This document shows positions 29,397 to 38,870 of a stretch of DNA of 64,000 nt, in pieces. The position numbers were made by a program, and so were the translations under genes. The notes below the pieces were generated by a model, which was not told where the DNA came from, did no database searches, and worked only from the letters and a program-made list of their open reading frames with translations. Where the stretch lies: the IMG/VR virus record IMGVR_UViG_3300021399_000146; one strand, 5' to 3'. This DNA comes from an uncultured virus (IMG/VR IMGVR_UViG_3300021399_000146) (lineage: Duplodnaviria; Heunggongvirae; Uroviricota; Caudoviricetes). Position 1 is the first letter of the stretch; the number at the start of each line of letters is the position of its first letter.

Positions 29397-29871
29397 ATAT
29401 TATTTTAGGTTTATACTCATCAAGTTCTTTCTTGATATGTTTGTATAATATATCAATAAGAGTTGATTGAGTATTGCTTAAATTACAGATACTTGGACTT
29501 CTATCGCTTCTTACAAAGATTGCAATATGACCCTCGTTGAATCTGCATGAAAAAGAGTAAGCTTTGATTTCAATGAGTGAAACATTCTTACCCCATGTAA
29601 TTATGACATCTTCTGAGAATTTACCAAAATAGAATTCAACACTGTATTCACCGGTTTCTTCATTATATGTTTTATTGATAGAATCAACATGTTTACTGCA
29701 AGCAGATATTTCTATGAATAATTCAAGTAATATATTAATGATGTCATGTTGTATGAGAGTAAGTTTTATATTTTCTAATACAGACTTTTCGAGCAGATCT
29801 GTATAATCATCTATCCTTATTGCCAGATCAACATTTCTGAGTCTGTCGTTATATTTACTTTTGTATTTCAT
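29395..29871 (-). CDS. Hypothetical protein (158 aa)
   Basis: ORF directly following the dCMP deaminase stop. Confidence 0.7.
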   Translation of the reverse strand: MKYKSKYNDRLRNVDLAIRIDDYTDLLEKSVLENIKLTLIQHDIINILLELFIEISACSKHVDSINKTYNEETGEYSVEFYFGKFSEDVIITWGKNVSLIEIKAYSFSCRFNEGHIAIFVRSDRSPSICNLSNTQSTLIDILYKHIKKELDEYKPKII

Positions 29872-29872
29872 A

Positions 29873-30520
29873 TTAATAACCTTCGTGATCGATGTTTAAA
29901 GAGTCATCGTTTGTAACCCATTCTTCTACATTTATAGGATTATATCCGTCTTCGGTTTTTATTACAACGATTCGTATACCCGCATTTATTATCATGCGTT
30001 TGCACATAGCACAACAATCGGCGTTCTTTGTAATGTTACCATCATTTTCTTCACCGTACAGATACAATACAGAACCCTCGAGTTCTTCGGGTGATGCTTT
30101 TATGATAGCATTCATTTCAGCATGAACACTTCTGCACTTCTCGTACATTGTACCTGAAGGTATGTTATGTTCCATGCGGAAACATTTACCAATGTCTGAA
30201 CAATTTGCACGTCCAGTTGGAGCACCAACATAACCAGTTGATACAACTTTGTCATTCTTTACAATGACAGCACCAAACTTTCTGCGAAGGCATGTTCCAC
30301 GTGCTGCAACAGCTTTTGCGATTCCCAGATAATAGTTTATCTTGTCGATACGTTTGAATGCCTGTGGTTTAGGTGGTTCAACATAGTTTTCACCACGAAC
30401 CATTGCACTCATCTTTTCCCATTCATTTGAATGAATGTGATCCCTCGTATCTTTTGTATACCCCATTGATGCCACTTCGAATGCTTTTCCTTCTTCTTTG
30501 TTTTCCTGCTGAATACCCAT
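29873..30520 (-). CDS. dCMP deaminase (ComEB-like)
   Basis: TCLRRKFGAVIVK..STGY.GAP, HAEMNAI and CAMC zinc-binding motifs. Confidence 0.92.
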   Translation of the reverse strand: MGIQQENKEEGKAFEVASMGYTKDTRDHIHSNEWEKMSAMVRGENYVEPPKPQAFKRIDKINYYLGIAKAVAARGTCLRRKFGAVIVKNDKVVSTGYVGAPTGRANCSDIGKCFRMEHNIPSGTMYEKCRSVHAEMNAIIKASPEELEGSVLYLYGEENDGNITKNADCCAMCKRMIINAGIRIVVIKTEDGYNPINVEEWVTNDDSLNIDHEGY

Positions 30521-30545
30521 TTGTGTTTACCTCACTTTCCCTTTA

Positions 30546-30821
30546 TCATATAAAATGTTTTATTCCGGGTTTTCTTATTCTTACATAGATTATTGTAGGA
30601 GAGAATAACTCACCATCTATTGTATCTATTCTGTAGTCATATCCTTCATCTTTCAATCTCTGAAAGAAAGGTTCAAATAATGATGTATCACCCTGGAGTT
30701 TAATCATAAACTCATCGGATGTTGCATACTTCTCAGAACTCTTCATGAGATCATATGCTTCAGCACTCTTCTTCTGGATTTTCATATTCTTTCTGTTAGA
30801 AAGAAATTCTTTCATACCCAT
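30546..30821 (-). CDS. Hypothetical protein (91 aa)
   Basis: AAAGGAG SD, operon context. Confidence 0.65.
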   Translation of the reverse strand: MGMKEFLSNRKNMKIQKKSAEAYDLMKSSEKYATSDEFMIKLQGDTSLFEPFFQRLKDEGYDYRIDTIDGELFSPTIIYVRIRKPGIKHFI

Positions 30822-30834
30822 AACACATTCTCCT

Positions 30835-31788
30835 TTACTTTACTATTTTACATACATCATACTTGTCAGCAGTAACACCAAAATCTTTTGCTGCCATATT
30901 CTCATATATGTTGACACTCTTAAACATTTTCCTCAGTAAGTTAGGAACGAATATTTTACTAATGTCAACATCAGAATCTTTGAATATAAGAATATTCACA
31001 CTCTTACCAAAGATCCCTTTATTGAGAATATACTTGATACCTTTGACATAATCCTTACCCATGACAGAGATGTATATATTATTATTGGTACCATGCCAAT
31101 TATAATACAAACCGATGGAATCGTATATTCCTTCAGATATAAGAACATTGATCTCGCCGCTAAGATCAACAGGTAATGCAATCTTATACAAACCAGTGGT
31201 TTTACATCTAGAAGTCTTATATTTCAACCATCGCATATCAGTATTGTCATTATGGAATCTACCAATAATATTACCATTTGTCATTTGAAACCAAAAACGA
31301 TTTCTTATATTATTGATGTCATCAATACCCAAATATTCCATTGCATATTTCTTGGGATTTCCAACATACTGAAATGCTTGTAATTCACCAAGAGTGGGAA
31401 TATGACCAACTCTATCATTTGTATAATTGCATACACCCATGATATTATCAGATTCATTTACATTCACTCTTGGTACTTTGTTACTAACAGAACCATCAGC
31501 AACAATCCTTTTACTACCGGATACATTAGTTGGTATATTAATATCAATATTGAAATAGTCAAGAAATTGTTTACTAACAATACCTTTCCTATTACATTTG
31601 AAACAATTGAAACCAACAACATCATCACTACTCATATTGATACAAACATACATATGCCATTTTCCATCACCACAGAAAGGACATTCTTTGATACGATACC
31701 AATTACTACCAGTGACAGATTTGAATAATCCAGTTGATAATAACTTTTCTTTGAATTCATACAAATCTTTGTTCATGATTACCTCCAA
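30835..31788 (-). CDS. DNA primase (zinc finger plus TOPRIM)
   Basis: CPFCGD..H...CFKC zinc finger; TOPRIM ISEGIYDSI and FKDSD, C-terminal KDFG. Confidence 0.8.
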   Translation of the reverse strand: MEVIMNKDLYEFKEKLLSTGLFKSVTGSNWYRIKECPFCGDGKWHMYVCINMSSDDVVGFNCFKCNRKGIVSKQFLDYFNIDINIPTNVSGSKRIVADGSVSNKVPRVNVNESDNIMGVCNYTNDRVGHIPTLGELQAFQYVGNPKKYAMEYLGIDDINNIRNRFWFQMTNGNIIGRFHNDNTDMRWLKYKTSRCKTTGLYKIALPVDLSGEINVLISEGIYDSIGLYYNWHGTNNNIYISVMGKDYVKGIKYILNKGIFGKSVNILIFKDSDVDISKIFVPNLLRKMFKSVNIYENMAAKDFGVTADKYDVCKIVK

Positions 31789-31927
31789 ACCCTTATAAAA
31801 GCCCCGGCGAACTTTTTATCTATTTTCTTTAATTTTATATTCTTTCTTTCATTCTTCCCCTTCTCTTATATATCTTATCCCCCGTCTTTTTAATTATATA
31901 TATTTTCCAAAATAAGAAAAATAGAAA

Positions 31928-32368
31928 TCAAGATTGTTCTTCCATAATTCTTCTTATTTTCTCTTTTCTATTCCTTTCAAGAATCTTTTCAACATAAGGA
32001 ATCAGTATATCACACCAACCATTAATCTCAGTACCAACATCAATTAAATCACTACCACTACCTTCAACATATCCAGATTCAAAATAGAAGTATTCGGTTG
32101 CCACTTGTTTCTCTTCATCAAAATAATTAAACAATTTGACATTATCAAATAACAATAACAAATTCTTTGGAAATTTCTTCTTAGTGAATACATTAATAGA
32201 TGAACCGAATACTATTTTAATATTAGAACCGATAATATCGAGTTCTTCCAATGTGGGAATGTAGTAGTAATTCTGGTCTATCTTAACACATACGGGGAAT
32301 AACATTGTATCCGTATCCCTCTGGTTTATAATACTCATGATTGTTTTTGTATCTTCTAAATTAAACAT
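31928..32368 (-). CDS. Hypothetical protein (146 aa)
   Basis: AAAGGAG SD. Confidence 0.7.
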   Translation of the reverse strand: MFNLEDTKTIMSIINQRDTDTMLFPVCVKIDQNYYYIPTLEELDIIGSNIKIVFGSSINVFTKKKFPKNLLLLFDNVKLFNYFDEEKQVATEYFYFESGYVEGSGSDLIDVGTEINGWCDILIPYVEKILERNRKEKIRRIMEEQS

Positions 32369-32463
32369 AGAAATTCTCCTTTATAAATATATTTTATTAA
32401 TAGGAATACAACGATGAAAACATCGTTTCAGAATTGTTATTTGTATGAAAGGAGTATATTAAA

Positions 32464-32748
32464 ATGCTGATGTATGAATATTTTATTGATACTGATAAAA
32501 TTAAAAAGATATCATTAAGAGCATTAAAATTCATGTCAAAAGAACTTGAAGCATTTTTGGAATTATACGAGAAGAACATATTGATCGTAAATAAAGAAGA
32601 ACTTGATAATTTCAATAAATTAAAACAAATATCCGCATATTTAAAAGAAGGAAACTATGGCGCATTAATGAATAATCCAGAATTAATGATAGACTTTTCC
32701 GATGATGACGATGAGGATGAATATTTACCATCATATTTCCCTTTATAA
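32464..32748 (+). CDS. Hypothetical protein (94 aa) with acidic tail
   Basis: AAAGGAG SD. Confidence 0.7.
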   Translation: MLMYEYFIDTDKIKKISLRALKFMSKELEAFLELYEKNILIVNKEELDNFNKLKQISAYLKEGNYGALMNNPELMIDFSDDDDEDEYLPSYFPL

Positions 32749-32808
32749 CAAACAATTTGTCTATGCTACCTCGGAAACACATGCTATAATTGCTATTATT
32801 TTAACTTT

Positions 32809-32830
32809 CTACATATATATTATTACTATG
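32809..32830 (+). promoter_or_regulatory. Phage promoter motif CTACATATATATTATTA(C/A)TATG
   Basis: Near-identical 22-mer upstream of four + strand transcription units; core resembles the TATATTA(C/T) early promoters of phiKZ/AR9. Confidence 0.75.
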
Positions 32831-32939
32831 ATAAAAAGAAGAAGATGTGGTGGAGCATCTAATTCAATTTATCATAATAATAATACACAAATAATAAATC
32901 GCTAGAAAAGACAGCCCTAATAGGGCAAGGAGGAAAACT

Positions 32940-33263
32940 ATGAGTAAATTTGTAAAAGAATTCACAAAGGCATACAAGAAGAACACAAAGGCTGCTACCA
33001 AGTGGGTTAGCCGTAATCCCGGAAAGGCTATAGCTATCAATGCTGTTGGAGACTGCGGTCTCGTAGCAATCGGTGCTGCTGTAGCTATTAAGGCAATGAA
33101 GAAGAAGAACCCACTCACCATCGAGAAGAAGGAGAAGAAGGAGTTCTTCCTTAAGAGGATCTTCAAGAAGAAGGAAACTCCCACTACTCCCGAAACTCCT
33201 GCAGCTCCTGCAGCTCCCGAAACTGAGACATCTACAGAAGCTCCCGCTCCGGCGGAGAGCTGA
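32940..33263 (+). CDS. Small basic membrane-anchored protein with P/A/E/T tail
   Basis: One hydrophobic segment flanked by Lys-rich regions; own promoter, AAGGAGG SD and terminator. Confidence 0.75.
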   Translation: MSKFVKEFTKAYKKNTKAATKWVSRNPGKAIAINAVGDCGLVAIGAAVAIKAMKKKNPLTIEKKEKKEFFLKRIFKKKETPTTPETPAAPAAPETETSTEAPAPAES

Positions 33264-33366
33264 AAGCATAGGCTACTCCACCAAAAAAGAACCGGGACTC
33301 GCCCGGTTCTTTTTTTTTATTTTAGGACGTAATATTAAATCCTTTAAGAAAGGAGGACTGAGCCTC

Positions 33367-33687
33367 ATGACAGAGGAAGAAATTTTTTCTAAAGTAAAAC
33401 AGCTCATGGAGAAGCTTGATAAAGATCAGGAACTTCAGGAGTTGTCCGAAAGGAATGGTCTTGATGTTAAAAGTACATTGAGACTCAATCCGACAACTAA
33501 AGACAATGTCGCTGTATCAATAGCAGCTCTCTTGCTGGCGAAAAGCGAAAACGATCCTGAGTACACAAAGCTTGTCAGACTTGGTATGGATCATCGTTCA
33601 ACCAAAGCTGATCTTGTTGACAAATATAAGGATCGTGCAATGCAGTTGATTCAAAGGTATAAAGAAACAACATCAAATCCCGTATAA
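33367..33687 (+). CDS. Hypothetical protein, probable virion-module gene
   Basis: AAGGAGG SD; first gene of the + strand structural block. Confidence 0.75.
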   Translation: MTEEEIFSKVKQLMEKLDKDQELQELSERNGLDVKSTLRLNPTTKDNVAVSIAALLLAKSENDPEYTKLVRLGMDHRSTKADLVDKYKDRAMQLIQRYKETTSNPV

Positions 33688-33795
33688 TTATAATATACGA
33701 CCACAACTTTGTAATTTACATTGTAAATGATATGGTTTGGGGCCCGTTCATTGACAATGTGAAAATCTATAACTCGAAAGGAAGTTAATCAACTC

Positions 33796-34803
33796 ATGAA
33801 GGTATCAGATATCATGTTGGACCTTGAGACTGGTGATGCTTCAGTTCATGATGCATATATCCAGGAATCATGCGGTCAGGTAAAAGTTTCTGCAGCTATT
33901 TATGATGCAGCAAGAAAGATAGCTTCTCTGGATGATTCTGAGAAAACTGATGTTTTCCAGGAAGCTGCTACTGAAGCAGGCCTTCCTACAGATAGAGAAA
34001 GCGCTATAGCTCTCATGTATGAAGCAGCTGAAAAAGAGCTGATTGGTACTTGCCGTCATCTCTATCAGGAAGCTGCTAAGATAGATGAAGCTTATTCAAA
34101 GCCCACATCACCTCTTGCCGGTCTTAATAAGCTCGGTAAAGTATGTGGCGTTAAGTCAACACTCAATGGATCCAAGGAGTATGCTGGTGAGTTCGCTCAG
34201 GCAGTTATGAAGAACAAGGATCTCAATCTCAAGGGCGGTGCAAAGTTCCTCAAGGCTAGTGCTGCAAAGGAAGCTACAAAGGCACTCATCAATGGCGTAG
34301 TTCAGCTCGCTAATGCATTCTGCATCGACTGTTCACCTCTTTGTGATGATGCTACAGTATCAGCAGTTGTTCCTGCTCTCAAGAACTGCAAATGCAAGCA
34401 GAAGGACGGCAAGGATGATTGCTCACTCGGTTTCATCGTTGGCTGTGTTAAGAACGCAGGTAAGGATGTAAAGGGTGTAAGCATAACCGAAAGTGACTAC
34501 ACAACATCTGTTACTAAGAACGATGTTGCAACAGTAGTTACATGTAACTTTGCAGTTGCAAAGACAGCTAAGTTCGTAAAGAGCAAGTTCGGCGAGAACG
34601 GCGCAAAGCTGGAGGCAAAGATCTCCGCTGCTATCAAGAAACTGAATAAGAAGAACGTTTCAGGCGACATCGAGGATCTCAATGGTTCAGAAGATGCTGC
34701 AAAGGATATCAATGCAGATGTAAACAAGCTTGTTACTGAACTTATCGGCGGTTTCAATAACTCTTTCTACTCACTGCTTCAGGCTAAGGGTGAAGAGAAC
34801 TAA
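33796..34803 (+). CDS. Probable internal head protein
   Basis: Highly biased codon usage; repeated IQES/FQEA/YQEA motifs in the N-terminal part. Confidence 0.6.
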   Translation: MKVSDIMLDLETGDASVHDAYIQESCGQVKVSAAIYDAARKIASLDDSEKTDVFQEAATEAGLPTDRESAIALMYEAAEKELIGTCRHLYQEAAKIDEAYSKPTSPLAGLNKLGKVCGVKSTLNGSKEYAGEFAQAVMKNKDLNLKGGAKFLKASAAKEATKALINGVVQLANAFCIDCSPLCDDATVSAVVPALKNCKCKQKDGKDDCSLGFIVGCVKNAGKDVKGVSITESDYTTSVTKNDVATVVTCNFAVAKTAKFVKSKFGENGAKLEAKISAAIKKLNKKNVSGDIEDLNGSEDAAKDINADVNKLVTELIGGFNNSFYSLLQAKGEEN

Positions 34804-34827
34804 TCTACCTTTATAAGGTGATGGAAT

Positions 34828-35106
34828 ATGTTATTATCAATCAATAATGATGAGTTTGTTATTCCACATACTTCCTCTTGTACAATAAGAACACAGGGAG
34901 AAATAAAAGATGGTGATCAGATATTGATAACATCCGCTATTTTCTCATCTACAGAATATTCGTCTCGTGCGGTAAATATCAGTGATACATTCACCGTTAC
35001 CGCACGAGTTCTTTCGGGTGATACTATCTCAAGTGATGGTAATCTGAAAGCTGTTCTGGTATGCGATGATAATGATATATTCAACATGTATGTTCGCATA
35101 CAATGA
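34828..35106 (+). CDS. Hypothetical protein (92 aa)
   Basis: SD and operon context. Confidence 0.65.
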   Translation: MLLSINNDEFVIPHTSSCTIRTQGEIKDGDQILITSAIFSSTEYSSRAVNISDTFTVTARVLSGDTISSDGNLKAVLVCDDNDIFNMYVRIQ

Positions 35107-35118
35107 TTATGAAAGGGG

Positions 35119-35547
35119 ATGATGCGTGTGATGACATCTGATCAAAAAACATTTATACCCTCATTGATAAGATACATTGACTCGGATTTATTCACTATAA
35201 ACAACATCTCTTCTTCAGTTACGTTGGTTGCTAATGAACCTGACATAATCGGTCAGGATCTTTCGAAATGGGATGTAGTAATATCATACCTTCCATTGAA
35301 ATTCTTTAATGTTATAAATGACATCGATGGAATTTATACAGTAGAGAAGTTTGATAAGAAGTATGTATGCAATCCCAAAATGTGCGCTTATGAAAGATAC
35401 GATTCCACAAACATGTGGCGTCCATTAATGATACTGAATAAGTGTCCAAGTATAATGGATTTCAACTTCGACTGGATTAAGTACTACAACATCGAAAAGT
35501 TCACCAACATATTATCTGTATTGATATCGAGGGTTCAAAGTGAGTAA
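35119..35547 (+). CDS. Probable baseplate wedge protein (T4 gp53/LysM-like motif)
   Basis: KYVCNPKMCAYERYDSTNMWRPLMILN resembles the RP..lSY.lYG...lWW.Il..N motif. Confidence 0.55.
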   Translation: MMRVMTSDQKTFIPSLIRYIDSDLFTINNISSSVTLVANEPDIIGQDLSKWDVVISYLPLKFFNVINDIDGIYTVEKFDKKYVCNPKMCAYERYDSTNMWRPLMILNKCPSIMDFNFDWIKYYNIEKFTNILSVLISRVQSE

Positions 35548-36898
35548 TTATTCTGACACTCATCCCAATAGGGAAAATATCAATAACTTTAATGAGGGTA
35601 TCGGAGAGCATGATATCAGAGAAAGAAGATTGTTGTACCAGTACAATGGTCTTGCTCCACGAGATAATGAGCATGGATACTCATTATCATTGGCATGTCG
35701 AAGTGGTACAGATATGATGCATTCCGTAGGCAATGTTGCAGCAATCGCGTTGCAATTCATTGTAGACAGGTTTCCAACGGGAACATTCAAAACAGTCCTT
35801 CCATCCACAAGGATTGCACATCGGCAATTGAAACATACACCTCAACAGGTTCGACAACAACCATATCCATTATGTATTGTGAACCCAAGAGTATCTTTAT
35901 CTGGTCTGGATAATAGGTTGGCCGCTGGTTCCTTTGCAACGACGACATGGTCTTCTACATCAAACCGTTTTCAGAATCGCTCTGAGATGCCAGAACTTCT
36001 GGTTGACCCTCAGAAGAAAATAGTATGGCGTGGTAAGGTCAATCGAGTTGTTGTAATGTTAGACTTTGTCTTGGCTTTCAGAAGTTATGCTGAACAGTTG
36101 AACTGGAGTTCATACCTAATAAATACAATCCCAACCGACGGTGGATTTTTTGATATTGATACTGCTTTGGAATTAGCATTACCTGATGGATTTCTTGAGG
36201 AAACGGCAAAATATGCTGGCATTCCTGTTAAGGACCAAAAAGGTAGTGTTTCAAAGTTTGTCGATTATCTGAATATGAATAGTGAGTTTCCTGTTTCGTA
36301 CAGATTCTCATCTGGACGTCATAAGGACGCTTTCTATATGCACTATTCTTCGCCTATACTCTGTAACATAGGCGATTTGAGCTATTCGAATGGCACAAAA
36401 TCAAATCAGGTAGAATCAGACTACCCCATAACTTTCACAATGCGTTGTGAGTTCAATACAATTGGTCTGTATGATTTATGTGTACCAAATCCCGGACCAT
36501 TTATGCGACTTGATCCGAAACCCAATGCCATTGCAATTCCAATATTCTCGGACGTTTGGAATGAAAAGGATTTTCCACTGTTATACGGTTGGAAAATAAT
36601 TGGTAGACCAATCATAAAACTTGATTGGGAGGAGAAAGAAGTATATTTTGGATCAATATTCGGTGATGAGATCAATGAACTTATAGATCATCATTTGAAA
36701 AACAATATCGATGTTGGAATATTCCTATCGGTAAAGCTGCGTGAAAACAAATGTTTAATAGATGATGGTTACTACGTCGACTGGAAACGTCGTATGTTGG
36801 TATTCACAAACATCAACTATGCACATACATATCGATTAATCATTGCAATGAATAAGTTGTATGTTAATCAATTACTTGCTGATATGTATGGAAAATAA
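35540..36898 (+). CDS. Probable virion structural protein (452 aa)
   Basis: Long ORF within the structural block, beta-rich. Confidence 0.6.
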   Translation: MSNYSDTHPNRENINNFNEGIGEHDIRERRLLYQYNGLAPRDNEHGYSLSLACRSGTDMMHSVGNVAAIALQFIVDRFPTGTFKTVLPSTRIAHRQLKHTPQQVRQQPYPLCIVNPRVSLSGLDNRLAAGSFATTTWSSTSNRFQNRSEMPELLVDPQKKIVWRGKVNRVVVMLDFVLAFRSYAEQLNWSSYLINTIPTDGGFFDIDTALELALPDGFLEETAKYAGIPVKDQKGSVSKFVDYLNMNSEFPVSYRFSSGRHKDAFYMHYSSPILCNIGDLSYSNGTKSNQVESDYPITFTMRCEFNTIGLYDLCVPNPGPFMRLDPKPNAIAIPIFSDVWNEKDFPLLYGWKIIGRPIIKLDWEEKEVYFGSIFGDEINELIDHHLKNNIDVGIFLSVKLRENKCLIDDGYYVDWKRRMLVFTNINYAHTYRLIIAMNKLYVNQLLADMYGK

Positions 36899-36924
36899 AA
36901 TCTAAAGTAAAGGAGTCTTTAACA

Positions 36925-37203
36925 ATGGCTGATAACAGAATAATTGATGATCTCGGCTTCAACTTTGAAGACAACGCTGAGGTTACTCAGGAAAGCTATA
37001 ATGCTAACAACTCAGGTTACTCAGATCTGTTCCAGGAGAAGTTCACTTCATTCAATCCTGAAGCAATCATCTCTGGCGGTAACAACAAGCTCAAGAGCGG
37101 TATGTTCTCAATGGAAGTTGAGGAGACACCTGATATCGCTCTCGGCTACAAGAAGAATGACAAGCCTCTCGAGCCCGCTCGTCCTGGCAGATTCTTCGAC
37201 TAA
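36925..37203 (+). CDS. Small acidic probable head protein
   Basis: AAAGGAG SD; VTQES and LFQEK motifs; biased codons. Confidence 0.65.
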   Translation: MADNRIIDDLGFNFEDNAEVTQESYNANNSGYSDLFQEKFTSFNPEAIISGGNNKLKSGMFSMEVEETPDIALGYKKNDKPLEPARPGRFFD

Positions 37204-37338
37204 TTCAAGAGGGATTATCTCCTAACGTATAACTACTAAAAAGGATGTGTGGGGGCAACAGCCCCCACTGATTCCTTTGATTTCTTATTTGTTTGAAACG
37301 CCTTTGTAACTCATATTACAAACTAAGGAAGTGATTTC

Positions 37339-38865
37339 ATGTTAGATGAAATGATATTGGAATATGTGTCAGATGTTACAGAACAATCCGAAGTAGATGT
37401 ATTACTTGCAATAGGAGAAAGTTATTGTAAGTATTTTTCAATGTTATGTAATACAGACAATATTCATATCGTTCAAGAAACATTTATATTTCTTGAAGAT
37501 GGTGAAACATCTGAAAATATAATAACTAAAATAAAGAATGTATTCTTAAAAGCTTTTGACTATATAAGAACAGCATTCAAAAAGTTATCTGAGTTTTTCA
37601 AAAAGAAGTTCGTTCGTTATTCTGCAACGATAAATAATACAACGAATCTATGTAATATTATTGCTGCACTTTATGAGTCAGATAATTTTGTCAATGAATA
37701 CGATGTTATTGAAGAAGCAAAAATGTCTCCTGAACTCACGGAGGCATTGCGTCGTGAAGAAGCTAAGAAGGCTGCTGTTAAACAACAAATCAAAGATCTC
37801 AATTCTGCCAAGAAAGATATATACAATGGTCTTAAGAAAAATTATGCATCTGAAATGCAACGTCGTTTGTTGTCAAAAGACGAGGTACGAGACATGGTTA
37901 AAACCATAAGATCCAACTGCTCAAATGATGAATTTATTAAATTCAGAAATGAAATAACTTCTATTGTTACCAGTAGAAAAGCTGAGTTCGAAAAGAGTCT
38001 TAATGGTAATATATCCATGATAGAGAACATGTACACTAGTATGGTGGAAGCCAACAAAGCAGAACAAGAGTTCTTACAAAATTGGAACCTATCCGAGAAA
38101 AGTCAAAAGATTGGTGAAAAGGAACTGGAACTCCGTCTTGAATTGCTTCAAAAGTTTTCATCTACACTTGGAAATGTATTGAATGAGATTGGTAATACCA
38201 AAGCCTTCTCTTATGATGCAATGAAAAACAGTTTATATGGAACAGGTGGATCCATACCTGATATTCTCGGTACTATTGGAAAAGAAATTGCCGGTATACT
38301 TCCAAAAATCATTAGTATCTCCAAATTAGGAAATATGGGTGAGCGTTTATACAAAGCACATAAAGATTTTGAAGATGCTGTGTTTGAGGACGATATGAAA
38401 CGAAAAGATCTGGGTTTGAAAACGAATAAAAGTATCAAGGCGATATTATTCGCTCTTAACCAGATAAAGGAAGAAAGTTATGGCTATACCGATGATAAGA
38501 TGTTCAATAAAATAGCATATGATTCTGATAATGTTGCTGCAGCGGTTATCGCAGGATATCTTGGTGGTCCATTCACAATAATGTTTACCACATTGAGGAC
38601 AATTCTTCATGGCCCGGCAGCATTGGCTTTCGGAATAAAAGATATAGCAATGTATGCTGGATTTAGATCAATGTCACATGGTCTGAATCAAAAGCGTGCA
38701 CATATCGTTTCAAACAAAGAAGCTCTCGACAATAATAAACATGGAAAACATATGATGAAAGCCATAGAGAATCTTCCGCATGATGAGAAGATGGATTTTA
38801 TTCGTAAACTGAGAGATGAGGAACAAAAGACATATGATGATAAGTTATTGGCTAAACGAAAATAA
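37339..38865 (+). CDS. Probable internal head/ejection protein (508 aa)
   Basis: Acidic N-terminus with IVQET/FLED followed by an amphipathic helix, coiled coil and hydrophobic C-terminal segment. Confidence 0.55.
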   Translation: MLDEMILEYVSDVTEQSEVDVLLAIGESYCKYFSMLCNTDNIHIVQETFIFLEDGETSENIITKIKNVFLKAFDYIRTAFKKLSEFFKKKFVRYSATINNTTNLCNIIAALYESDNFVNEYDVIEEAKMSPELTEALRREEAKKAAVKQQIKDLNSAKKDIYNGLKKNYASEMQRRLLSKDEVRDMVKTIRSNCSNDEFIKFRNEITSIVTSRKAEFEKSLNGNISMIENMYTSMVEANKAEQEFLQNWNLSEKSQKIGEKELELRLELLQKFSSTLGNVLNEIGNTKAFSYDAMKNSLYGTGGSIPDILGTIGKEIAGILPKIISISKLGNMGERLYKAHKDFEDAVFEDDMKRKDLGLKTNKSIKAILFALNQIKEESYGYTDDKMFNKIAYDSDNVAAAVIAGYLGGPFTIMFTTLRTILHGPAALAFGIKDIAMYAGFRSMSHGLNQKRAHIVSNKEALDNNKHGKHMMKAIENLPHDEKMDFIRKLRDEEQKTYDDKLLAKRK

Positions 38866-38870
38866 AGGAT

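Noticed and set aside
29873..30520. Uracil-containing or otherwise modified genome inferred from dCMP deaminase
   Set aside because: dCMP deaminase is common in ordinary T-DNA phages; nothing in this window is diagnostic.
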